A stretch of 45,701 bases of DNA from Macrostomum lignano (taxonomy: Eukaryota): the NCBI GenBank assembly GCA_002269645.1, contig NIVC01000354.1, positions 1-45,701 on the forward strand, in the 5' to 3' direction. The translations under genes and the position numbers were made by a program. The notes beneath the pieces are model-generated. The model made no database searches. It saw only the letters and a list, made by a program, of their open reading frames with translations, and was not told where the DNA came from. Every line of letters begins with the position of its first letter. Within the stretch, counting starts at the first letter, position 1. Positions 24,201-34,014 of the stretch are shown here, piece by piece.

Positions 24201-26781
24201 TGAGCCAGGCGAAGGGGAGGTCGTGACAAGAACAGGCGGGTTATAAAATGAAAACAATTCGAATTGGGGGGGGGGGTGGGCGGCTTTGTTGTTCGAAACG
24301 AATAAAAGCTGTCTGTGTATCGAGGCTTTGAGTCTCCAATCGGTCTCGAGTGGGCCTCGAGTAGTGGGAGAGAACTGGTTTAGCAGAGCAGGCAGGGGCT
24401 GGCAACAGGTGATGCTCGAATGTTACTTTCTCACTGCCTGCGGTCTGGGACTGGGAGAGCGACTGGGATGGAAACAGCTGGTCTGGCTCCGTCTTTTCTA
24501 TCACTAATTTCTGATCTTAGTCTGTCGAATAAATTTTTTAACTTAGCAACACGAAAAACTACAAAGTTCTGTATCCATGAATTTAGCGATTGCAGTTTGA
24601 AATTCTAATTGATGGAGTTGCACAATGGACAAGAGAGAAAGAGAGACTGACTCAGGGACTGAAGTGTGAATGAAATAATGTAGTACTAGTTAGAAGGGTA
24701 ATTCATTGATGAAAAATGACTTGCAGCACCTTATTTGAGGGGGTTGAAGTGTGCGTGCTGCAGCATCAATGCAATGCGACTGTATTAGGTCACTTAGCGG
24801 CACAAACTTACTCATACTGATTTCTGATCAGCGCCAGACCCAAAGCGGAGCCTCTATTTGGCGCCAGGGCTGCAGGCCTAATCTAGAAGCGGGTCTCATC
24901 CGCGCAGAGGAGGGGCCATTGGAACAGGGGGAATGAGCTGTGAGCGAGCGCCGCGGCCCCACCGGGGCTCTTCAAGCGGGCTCTTCGACTTCCGGGTCGC
25001 GGACCAGAAACGAGGCTCCGCTTCCAGGAGAAGGCAATTGGGGAGTGGAACAGAAAAGCGATCCAATGCAGCAGCGCAGCTTGCGGTCGAGGGGGGGAGG
25101 GCGGCCGAAGCGAGCATACCAAGGGGGCAGGGGTGCTTTTTTGACGGGATGAAGTTGCGGCGCAGACGAGGAGAGAATAGGTATTGTGCACCGCACACAA
25201 CTGAAGAGAAGGAGCAGGGGACAGAGGCCAATTCATCAATGTTGCTTTGGAACCAAGGCTTAACAATGGCCGACTTCGCTGGCTATAAAAAAACTTTTTG
25301 AGGGCAGAACCGGGGGTCCTGAGCACCGCACAGCTCGCACTTGCTCCGGGGCTTGGTTGCGTTTTGAGTAGATGAAAAAACACCTCCCCTCCCAATACCA
25401 CTTTAAACACCGGAGGAGTTTTCGAAAAAAAGTCGGGGCGCTCAATTCATTGTGCGCGCGTGAACCGGGCTTAGGGCGGCCGCCCCCGGGGGGCCCGCAG
25501 CCTCAAGTGGAGAGCCGGGCCTTCCTGCTAGTTGCCACCAACCCCAAGGCCCCCCGGGGAGTTGACAGAGGTGGGAGAAATTGGACTCTGATGATGATTA
25601 TGGGAAGACCTTGGTAAGGCCGTGAGAGGACTCGACAGATTGATCCCCAACGCTAAACTCCTCTTTCTTCCCGGCGCACAAAACTCAACTCAATCCAAGT
25701 CCCATTGCACGCCTTTCAGCTCATGGTCCGAAAAAAGTAGCAAAAGAGTAGAAAAAAATCTGGTGGAAGAAGCGCGAAAAAGTGAAAGGCCCAGAGGGAG
25801 TCGCACGAGGAAGGGCATTCAATAAAGGGGGAGAAGAGGAGAGATGCAGGCGGAGGAAGGAGATGATGGGGGACTGCATGGGGAGGCTGGCTAGTTTCCT
25901 TCGGGAGCGGAAATTCCGAAAATTGCGGGCCCCTGCAGGTCGGTCCACCAGAACGAATGGGGAGCGTTCCTTACCTTGTCGATAGCGTGCCCAATGGAGC
26001 CTCCGTGCTGCGGTAGACCGGACGCGCGACCGCCGCCGCCGCCCCTGACTGCGCCGCCGTCAGCATTGCCGCCAGTGCCGAATTCCGTAGCGCACTTCAC
26101 AGAGGGCACCTGCTGCATCTGGTCCGGCTTCACCGCCACCGTCAATGGCAAGGGATATTGCTGCGGAGGCTGCTGCTGCTGCTGCGGCTGCTGCTGAGTC
26201 TGCTGCGAATTCGGAGTCGACTTTCCGCCGGAAACACTGCTAGTCTTCTGCTGCTGTTGCTTGCCAGCCGACGCTGCGGAAGCTGGCGACGCCTGGTCGG
26301 CGGATGCCGGCTTGCCCGACTTCTCCTTGACAACCGGCGCGGGGCCGTTGCCACGGCCGCGTTTCTGCTCCTCCTCCTGCCGGGCCACGTCGCCGTGACG
26401 ACTCTTCAGGTGGTTCAACATCGTGGTGGTCGTGCCCGAGTTGTTGAAGGCTAAGACAGCGTTGCAGATGCTGCAGACCGTCTTCTTCACGTCCTGAATG
26501 CCGCTCGACTCGTCTATCGGGTGGGTGAAGTAGCGCCACACGAAGGACTTCTTGGCTTGCGACTTAACGTGTTGCTGCTGCTGCTGCTGCGGAGCCTGAG
26601 TCTGCGGCGTCTGCGGCTGCTGCGGCGACGCCGAGCCCGTCAGCACCGCCGCAACGGACGACACGGCGTCGGACGTTGGACTGTCAGGGCCAGTGGCGTC
26701 GCTGGCTCCGCCGATGCTCGGACTGCCGACCATTGAGCCTACGGCGGCGGCGCTGCTGCTCAGTACAAGTGGCTCGGACAT
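3751..26781 (-). CDS. Spliced gene model: BED-finger, hAT-transposase-derived (ZBED/DREF-like) protein, ~1,057 aa; join complement(25975..26781, 22680..23390, 9735..10022, 3751..5117)
   Basis: Coding exons of 807, 711, 288 and 1367(+1) nt, joined by GT-AG introns that are all phase 0. hAT motifs continue across the junctions: ...LARDLLPTDTLYQPGFL|RLVQSLAPRCEPPKRERL... and ...KCRVLETRP|LPNLNLLASTCLEII... Motif order is BED, D-x2-P-x6-GF dimerisation motif, RNaseH-like core, W-x-S motif, L-x-P-R motif, C-terminal WW/P-x-L dimerisation domain. Needs one base restored near 4230. Confidence 0.8.
5233..6781. repeat. Composite 21/22-bp minisatellite of GGTG(Y)n subunits (GGTGCCCCTT / GGTGTTTCTCT / GGTGTCCTCTT / GGTGTGTCTCT), ~1.55 kb, in intron 3 of the ZBED-like gene
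   Basis: Tandem array read directly. The plus strand is almost A-free, so stop codons are absent and spurious 500+ aa ORFs appear. Confidence 0.97.
8051..9635. repeat. 24-bp minisatellite (GAAGACACAGACACTAAGACAGAC)n, about 66 copies, in intron 3
   Basis: Tandem array; the 8-aa periodicity of overlapping ORFs (VSVSLSVL) confirms the 24-bp unit. Confidence 0.97.
9735..10022 (-). CDS. ZBED-like gene, exon 3: N-part of the hAT RNaseH-like core
   Basis: Acceptor tttgcag|CGC preceded by a ctaac branch-like motif; donor CCG|gtgagt; 288 nt, phase 0-0. RLVQSLAPRCEPPKRERLLEQLLP...FSAEVWRNHAGTRLLTLRAF matches the hAT pattern L-x-P-x-Y-x2-PSR-x2-L...T-x-D-x-W-T...YL-x-VTAHF. Confidence 0.82.
17809..17864. 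repeat. (GA)28 microsatellite
   Basis: Perfect dinucleotide run. Confidence 0.95.
19628..19654. repeat. (GCT)9 microsatellite
   Basis: Perfect trinucleotide run in intron 2. Confidence 0.9.
20968..20997. repeat. (CT)15 microsatellite
   Basis: Perfect dinucleotide run. Confidence 0.93.
21196..21229. repeat. (CA)17 microsatellite
   Basis: Perfect dinucleotide run. Confidence 0.93.
22680..23390 (-). CDS. ZBED-like gene, exon 2: polyQ / Ala-Pro-Gly-rich linker, basic NLS-like motif, start of the hAT N-terminal dimerisation motif
   Basis: Acceptor ccatcttttcag|TCC; donor TTG|gtgagc; 711 nt, phase 0-0. Pure Q16 run at 23295-23342; PDPKRAKRKAP; ends AEKFVHFLARDLLPTDTLYQPGFL (hAT I-x2-D-x2-P-x3-V-x3-GF). 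Confidence 0.8.
25975..26781 (-). CDS. ZBED-like gene, first coding exon containing the BED zinc finger
   Basis: First in-frame ATG at 26781 (the ORF track starts at an upstream TTG). BED signature SFVWRYF...C-x2-C-x17-H-x4-H (CSIC...NHLKSRH) at 26395-26547. Donor AAG|gtaagg at 25975/25974, phase 0. Confidence 0.88.
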
Positions 26782-26929
26782 CTTGCTGGCGTCTGGCAAA
26801 GCGGCTTTCTTGGTCTGGACAATGGATAATAAAGACAATGGATTAATGAATGCCGGCTTAGCGATGTCGGAGGCTGACTCGGTGGGTCTAATGCGGCCTG
26901 CTCCCTAAACCTCTTGTCTCCAACGGGTC

Positions 26930-29229
26930 TCTGTTGTGGAGGGCTTTGAAAAAATTTGGGATGAATTGTTTTTGGTAGGAGGGTTCCAGACCCGCTCTGG
27001 GAGTCTCCTTCTTGTTGACAGGGCCTGCTTATTTATTTATGAAAATGCCAATTCGTCCGAGCCTCCCCCAGTCCCAGACCCCCTGCCCCAGCTCTGGTTG
27101 GCTACCTTGCCACCTTTCAGACCCATTGCTCAAACTCCCACCTCAGCTCAACCCCGCCTCCTCGAACCCTTTCGCGCGCTCGCTTCGTATTGTCTCCACG
27201 CCCCACCCCAATCTAGCGCGGGGATTCAAAACCTTTTCCTTTCTTCCCCTCCCCTCCTCTCTGCCCCGATTCCGGCGCCCGCCCCAGTTCTCTCTCCTTT
27301 GAGCTTCGCGTCGCGTCGCGGCCTTCCCTCCCTCCTCCGGACACCGCGGGACGGCCGGGAGTGGACGAGCGGAGTTAGTTTGGGGAGGGAGAACTTAATT
27401 TCTGAAACTCAACGAGGATAGAAGAGTAGAATAGGCTCAATAGAGAGAGAAATGCATCAGTAACAACTTGGGGAGTTGCGCAGTTGTACTGGGTTGGATG
27501 AAGCATTGTGTGAGAGCTTTATTATTAGTGTGTATCAGATAAGCATGCCGGTTGGCTCTCGTCTCTAGGCATTCGCAGCACGAGCGCAAGGCACGATTGT
27601 GTGCTGCTGCTGGGAGCGCTTGAGGAGTGATAGATGGATGAGGCTGAGCCTGAAGCTGACTGAACTCCCTCACACACCAGCCCCAGCCTCGATCCTTAAT
27701 TCCTTGATGAGTTGGCTAGTATAAGTAAGAGAAGCATCGTGGTTAAGGAAGGAAGGAGAGAAGAGATTCTGATGTGTCTGCCTGTCTCGTTTTGGTTTTC
27801 GTTAAATAGGTAGGTAGCCAGACTCAATTCATGTGTGTACTGATACTCGTACACCCGTATAACCAATGCGGACAAACACAAAACTTTAATTATTTAACGT
27901 TGAAAATTCCAATAAACAGCGCGACGATTCCGTATTATAAGAAAACTTACTACAGTTCCACACAATTCGTTTGTTTGAGTCAACTAGCGTTCGAAAGAGC
28001 CTTGCGCTAGGATTAGTAGTCCTTCTTGAAGAAAATATTTCGACGCTTGGCCGTCGTTCCTCTGGCAATAAACTGAGCAAGCAAGAGGCGCAATCGAAAG
28101 TTTCAATTAGAGAGCGAAATCAACAGTAATCTTTCCTTACATCACAGTTGCAAAAAGGTCGCACGAAGATCGAGAGGCGTTCCCTCGGCTGTACCAATTA
28201 AAGCTGTGATTTTCGTAAACAGATAAAAAGGGTGCAATAAAAACAGGCGGCCCCCAACCCTCCCCCCCCCCCAATGATTTCGCCGCTATCTGATTGGGCT
28301 AACCGCGACTCCAACCCGAAATAGCCTAATGTACACAGACAGGGGTAGAAAAGGGTGACAAAGTGGAGAGGGGTGGGTGGGAGTCGGGACAAGCGAAGGT
28401 TAGAATTAGAATAGTGAGGCTTAAGCCACTCCTTAGCCGGCCGTCGATTTCAAAATCACATTATCCTCGGATCGGACCACAAGCTTGACTTCTGAAAGCT
28501 TGGTTTTGGAAATCTAGCTTTCGTTGCAGCACTTGTACACTGCGCCTTTACGTGGGGTGGGTGGCAGGCATCCCAGTTAGAAAATCGGCGCAAATGAAAA
28601 AAAGCACTTTATTTGACTGTCGAGCTCTGTTCTCTTGCACATTCGCGATTCATGCTCGCGCGCGCGTGCAACACTTCAGGCAGCTAAAACTGCGTGCACT
28701 GTATATGTGTGTACACAGAAGCCTGATTTTGCCTATAGCATAGCCGAAAAATTATTTTAGATTTTAACCTGATTTTTAATTGAGGATCGAAGTTAAATAG
28801 AAACCATTCTGGATTTGCTCTGACTTATGAAATCATATTTCGAATTTCAAGCAGCGTTTTATTATGCTTTTTACCCCTTGACAACTTTTGGTTGACATTG
28901 TAATGTACACGCAAAATTTCTAGGTTTACGAGCACCGTAAATTTTGAGTGGAGAATTACTTTTCCACACCATTTCAGTTTCGCAACTGATTGAGTGCTTA
29001 TTCATACCTTTCTTCAGTTTTGCTTACTAACAAATTGGCAAATAAAGTTACACTAAGCCAATAAACCCGATAAGCCAAACCAGACCACTAAAAGTACAAA
29101 GTAGACTTATTTACAAAACAATCATTCTTGCTGCTGTTAGCCAGAGGCGCACCGCATTCACTTGTTGAAGCAGCAAGACAACTTGCAGATCGATTCAACT
29201 CGAACTCGAAACGGATCAGATCAGTTACC
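26930..29229 (-). other. Candidate 5'-UTR intron of the ZBED-like gene (donor CAG|gtaact at 29229/29228; acceptor ccctccacaacag| at 26931/26930)
   Basis: Splice-site consensus only. There is no ATG between 26930 and 26781, and an in-frame TAG precedes the ATG. No transcript evidence. Confidence 0.25.
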
Positions 29230-31335
29230 TGCCAAGCTTCCCATCAGCACACGGGAGCAGACGAACGCTACCCCCTAACCCTGAAATCAGGCTCGAACGA
29301 TGTTGTCACCGAAGCCTAAAAACAGGCTCCTCATCCTCATCTCAATCTTAAAACCGGATCAGGTCTCGACTCTTGAGTCTCAGACTCGGTGGGTGAGGGG
29401 ATACTCGACGAATGGCGAGCGGCAGTCGAATCGAGACCTCTTCTTGCCTTGCTTCAGCTGGGAGTGTGCAATGCAGTCTGTGCTCGGGTGCGCACATTGA
29501 TTTCCTGCTTTGACAGTTGTTGGGAACACGCTGTGCTTCGTTCGAGGCTTTGCTACTCACAAGTTTATCCATTTTCATGAAATGCTACTGGAGACCTCGT
29601 CAATCAAGCAAAATCCGTCGAAATGTTAATTGTCACTTTTCCAAACTGGCAATATTTATTTCAGGAAATCAACGAGTGAACAAGTCTCATCTCCTGAAAT
29701 TTAGTCTATGGCTCAACTCTACCCATCGGCGCATTGTATTCATTTGCTATGCACTTTTGGTGACAATAACACGCGCGTGGGATGCGTCATTTTGGACATG
29801 TCATTTAGGACATTAAGACGCAAAAAACGGCAATTTAGAATCAAAACAAAGGGTAAATTTTATTTTTTTATGTTAGAAAAACATCAAAAACTGTTCAACA
29901 AAGTTGTTCATTGTTCATTGAAACAATTGTGACTTTGTTGTTGATAGGGAGAGCGGCCTCAAATTTCGAAATTGACTATTAAAAATTAAATAATAATATT
30001 ACATAGTTAATTCAGTACTAAAATTAGAGAAGTTCATGAAACAAAATGGAATAATCGTTTTGTATCGGGCGCACCCTCGTTGGTCGTTTAAGCGCATCTA
30101 TTATTCCCAGCTTTCTGCTGCACCATCGATGGAATGTGTTGGCAGGTGTGCTACACTTTGGAACAATAGGTTCTTAATAAGTTTGATATCTATCGAACGC
30201 TTTTTGCAGATAATACTAGTTAACTTACTGCAAGTAGTCAAGAGCTGACATGTCCAAAATTTTAAACTGTAGTCCTTTCTGCAGTCTTTTGTAGCCCTTT
30301 CTATGATGAGCTTTCAATTAATTAGCAGGAAAATGAGTTGAAAAAAGCAATTACATCATACCAGTTCCACCATTTTTGCCTATAATCTATTTGTTCAACT
30401 GAAAAGTCTGCTAAAAGTTAAAATCGAAGTCGCAACAATATCGAATAAACTATTAAACTTGTCATAAAAACACAGCGCAAAGAAACATGGCACAAAAATT
30501 ATTTCATAGTAGGATACCCATCCATGTCGAATATATCTAAATATACTAAATTATATACTAAAAATGAATAAAGTTGCTATTCGGTCGTAAAAAACGGACA
30601 AACAATTCTCCTCAGATAGGCTGCTGCAAAGACAAGCAATTCCCGTGGTGATGCAGCGTATCTGATAGTAGCTCGTAAAATGATCTCCACAGTAAAACAT
30701 CCTTCAAAGGTATTGACAGCTTCAAAGCGCGAATGAAGAAGCATTCAAGCGCGCATTTTAACGTAGGTGCACTCGGATTACCAACGAGAGGTTTTTTGCA
30801 TAGGGAAATGGATAACATACAATAGAAAAGCCGACTCCGTTATAAAACTGATGTAGAAACAGATTAATACTGCGCTCAATAAAACATTTTTCGACTAGGC
30901 GCACAACCATCAGAAACAAGCGTATTTGAGCTCGAAAAACGCAGGCAGTAAAAGCAAAATACACTTCATTCGCATTATGACAATTGCAAGTCTTAAGTGT
31001 TAGTTCACAGCCTGACAACAATTAATAATTTAGTCGATAAAGTGTCTGATGCTCGTCAAATTTGATGAAGAAGCCTTCACAGCCGGCGTAAAAATGTGTC
31101 ATATCAAATAATACCGGTATACCGATTTATTTACGTTTCTTAATTATTGAATTGTTGAATAGACATATCTAGACGTGTAATACTACGAGTAACATAGAGT
31201 ACCAAAAGTGCTTTATTGCAAGATCCTCTGCTAAACTATTCCTGTTTAGCTGTAAACACAAACTGTCAATACAATCTAGATTCGTACACCAATGCGATTA
31301 GACAAACAGGGAGAGTTGAGGGGGTGTGGCACAGC

Positions 31336-31701
31336 CAGGGGCGTCGCCATGGATTTTATAGTGGGGGGGGGACAAAGCTGAGAATTCTACATGTACATGC
31401 GAATGACTAAATTCCTACATGTACATTATTTCCGAATCGGTGTTCTCATCGATCATTTTAACGCCACAGGCACTCATTTTAACGCCACAGGCACTCATTT
31501 TAACGCCACAGGTACTCATTTTGGCGCCACAGGCCCTCATTTTGGTGCTGCAGGCGCTATGTTTTGTCGCCCTGAAGCAAAATTATTGATTTCCATAATG
31601 GGTCAACAAGGTGGGGTGGGGGGACAAAGCATTGGCATGCCCCCCGTAGCTTTCACTGGGGGGACATGTCTCCCCTGTTCCCCCCGGTGGCGACGCCCAT
31701 G
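31336..31701. mobile_element. Non-autonomous DNA transposon (MITE), probably hAT superfamily, 366 bp
   Basis: 14-bp TIRs with one mismatch: CAGGGGCGTCGCCA (31336-31349) and TGGCGACGCCCATG (31688-31701). Flanking 8-mers GGCACAGC and GACACAGG match 6/8, consistent with a decayed 8-bp TSD (established hAT hallmark). GC-richer than the flanks. Confidence 0.7.
31453..31557. repeat. 21-bp tandem repeat (TCATTTTAACGCCACAGGCAC) x5 inside the MITE
   Basis: Copies at 31453, 31474, 31495, 31516 and 31537, decaying to the right. Confidence 0.9.
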
Positions 31702-31922
31702 GACACAGGCATGAGAATAAAAAACAACGGACAGGAACTCAAATTACAGTTATCGGAACTACCGGCAAACAACGACTGGAGAAATGTTTGATCTTAGTCA
31801 TCAGTGGACTAAACAGACGGTAGTGTTTTCCAAATATTGTAGATGAAAAAAATACAATCCAAAGTTCATCGTTGAGTTTGTGCGCATCCGTCACCCAAGT
31901 CCTGAAATTTGCTGTCCGTGGG

Positions 31923-33084
31923 TCAAGTTGGGCGCTGAAAAGATGCAGAAAGCGGCATTGCCGGCAATGGTTCTACTGAGCCGCCAGCTGCATCATCGGA
32001 GACTGATACGGCCATGGCTGCAGCAGTGGCGGCATTCGTGGTCCTAGTCGACGAACAGTCCTCGTCCGAGATAAACCCGATGGCCGAGGAGTTCTCCTCG
32101 TCGCCGGCAAAATCGACCAGCTCCCTGGCAGAGCAGCGCGGGAACCGGGGGATCTCTCGGGTGGCGTGGAACTTCTCATAGTTGATCTGGTACTCGCCGT
32201 TGTCCTTCTGATAGGTGATCAGCCGTTCAAACCGGTGGCCCCAGCGGATCTCAGACGGCAGGTAGCTGGAACGGGCCTGCGTGGTCATGCCAGTTGACTC
32301 GATGATGCCCTCCAGCATCACGATCAGCTCGAACTGTTCCGTCTGTAGGTCGTCGGCCGAGATCTCCCAGAACGGTGAATTACAATCGATCTTGTGCTCG
32401 ACGATGATCGGCCACACCAGGAACAATCTATCGTAGCCGTCGTTGTAGCCAAGATCGATGTCGAACTGTTCAAGAGGTAGCACTTCGTTTTCGCGGGTGA
32501 TGCGCTTCTTGATGAGGACGGCGCGGACGTGGGCTTCGATCAGCTGCGATTTACGCATGTCGCCGACTCGGAACAGCAGCACCATCTGACCGTCGCGCTT
32601 GCAGATCACGGCGCTTTTGCTAAACATCAGCGTCTCGGCGCGCTTCTTCGGACGGGACAACTTCGCAAACACCAAGCCGGTCATCAGCGCCTGGATAATA
32701 ACGCCGAAACAGCTCTGCGTCATCACCATGAGAACAGCCTCTGGACAGCGATCAGTTGGATAGCGATAGCCATAGCCAATGGTCTGCTGAGTCTCAATCG
32801 AGAACAGCAACGCGTCTGAAAAGTTGTCCAAGTTGATGACGCAGGGCACAAAGCCGAGTGGTCGCTTGTCGTCGAGATCGCCGTGGGCGAAGCAGATCAG
32901 CCACCACATCAGTGAGAAGAACAGCCAGCCAGAGATGAAGGTGACCACAAATAGCAGTAGGGTGTAGCGCCACTTCATATCCACCAGGGTGGTGAAGATG
33001 TCCGCTAGAAAGCGGCGCTTTCTCTTCTTAATGTTGTAGTGCGAGATGTTGCACTCGCCATTCTTGAACACTAGCCGCTTGTAG
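31923..33084 (-). CDS. Inward-rectifier potassium channel (Kir/KCNJ family), main exon
   Basis: Uninterrupted ORF: RLVFKNGECN, DIFTTLVDMKWR, FLFSIETQQTIGYG-type pore (LLFSIETQQTIGYGYRYP), AKLSRPKKRAETLMFS, LEGIIESTGMTTQARSSY. Acceptor ccttccccttacag|C at 33085/33084 (phase 2); TGA at 31923-31925. The subfamily is not resolvable by eye. Confidence 0.97.
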
Positions 33085-34014
33085 CTGTAAGGGGAAGGAA
33101 AGCAGAGAAGAGAATGAGCTTTACTAAATAGCGCCCGAGATCAGCTGCAAACTTTACCAGATGCACTCAGATTCTCAATGTCTGCCATATTGGGCTCAGT
33201 TCTCTAGAGTCTTGAAATTGAGAGAATGTCACCTTACATTCTCCATTAGCCTCAATTATTTAACAGGAAGAGTCCCATTAATAGGTGGCGCTGGATTATC
33301 GCGCCTGCAATTTTATCGACAGTACTTGACTACAGAGCCCAGGCAAAAAACTCACGAATTTATAATACATCGCACAACCCAAGCTCTCTGGATTAGTGCC
33401 AATTATATTTAATGCACGCGTACTTTATACACGCGTGTATGTTTATTGTTTATGTTTAACGCTAATTGTCATGCGTATTCGCATTTTGGACTTGTCAGTT
33501 GTCACTTGAGCAAGGACCCATATAGTATAACAGGACGTAAAACTCAATGATTTAATTTTTTAGGGGGCCAATTTCTTGTAAAAAAGAAACTGTGAAGATA
33601 AGAAAAAATCATTTTTTCATCCCCAAAATCAGTATTTGCATTGATTCTAGGGCAGTGAAGATTACCATTCCTTTAATTTAACGTGTACAGTATGTTACTC
33701 TGTTGTATTTTGTATAGCTGTGTCGTAAAAGCTTCATTTTTATTGTTTTCTTCCTACTTCATAAGCCCAAGTCAAAGTTGTAAATACGAGCTACTCACCA
33801 GTGAAAATTTTGTTTTTGTTCCTTTTTAAATAAAGTACATTAGTAATAATATTGTTGCATTCAGGCCTTGGCTTAAAAATGGATGGCTTTCTAAAGACTA
33901 GGTCAATAAAAATTGAAAAAAATGATATTGATAACATTTTCTACTTATAATTATTTAGACAGGTGTAGGAATAGCTACTAGTATGCATTTAAATGGAACT
34001 CATTGTCTCATTGT

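Noticed and set aside
29360-29440. GGTCTCGA...TCGAGACC inverted repeat as a pre-miRNA hairpin
   Set aside because: Only ~8 bp of clean stem with a large, poorly paired interior; no known miRNA sequence recognised.
3751-31701. The ZBED-like gene as an autonomous hAT element that mobilised the nearby MITE
   Set aside because: The catalytic triad appears lost, the introns are large, and I saw no matching TIRs around the gene; the MITE needs a separate active transposase.
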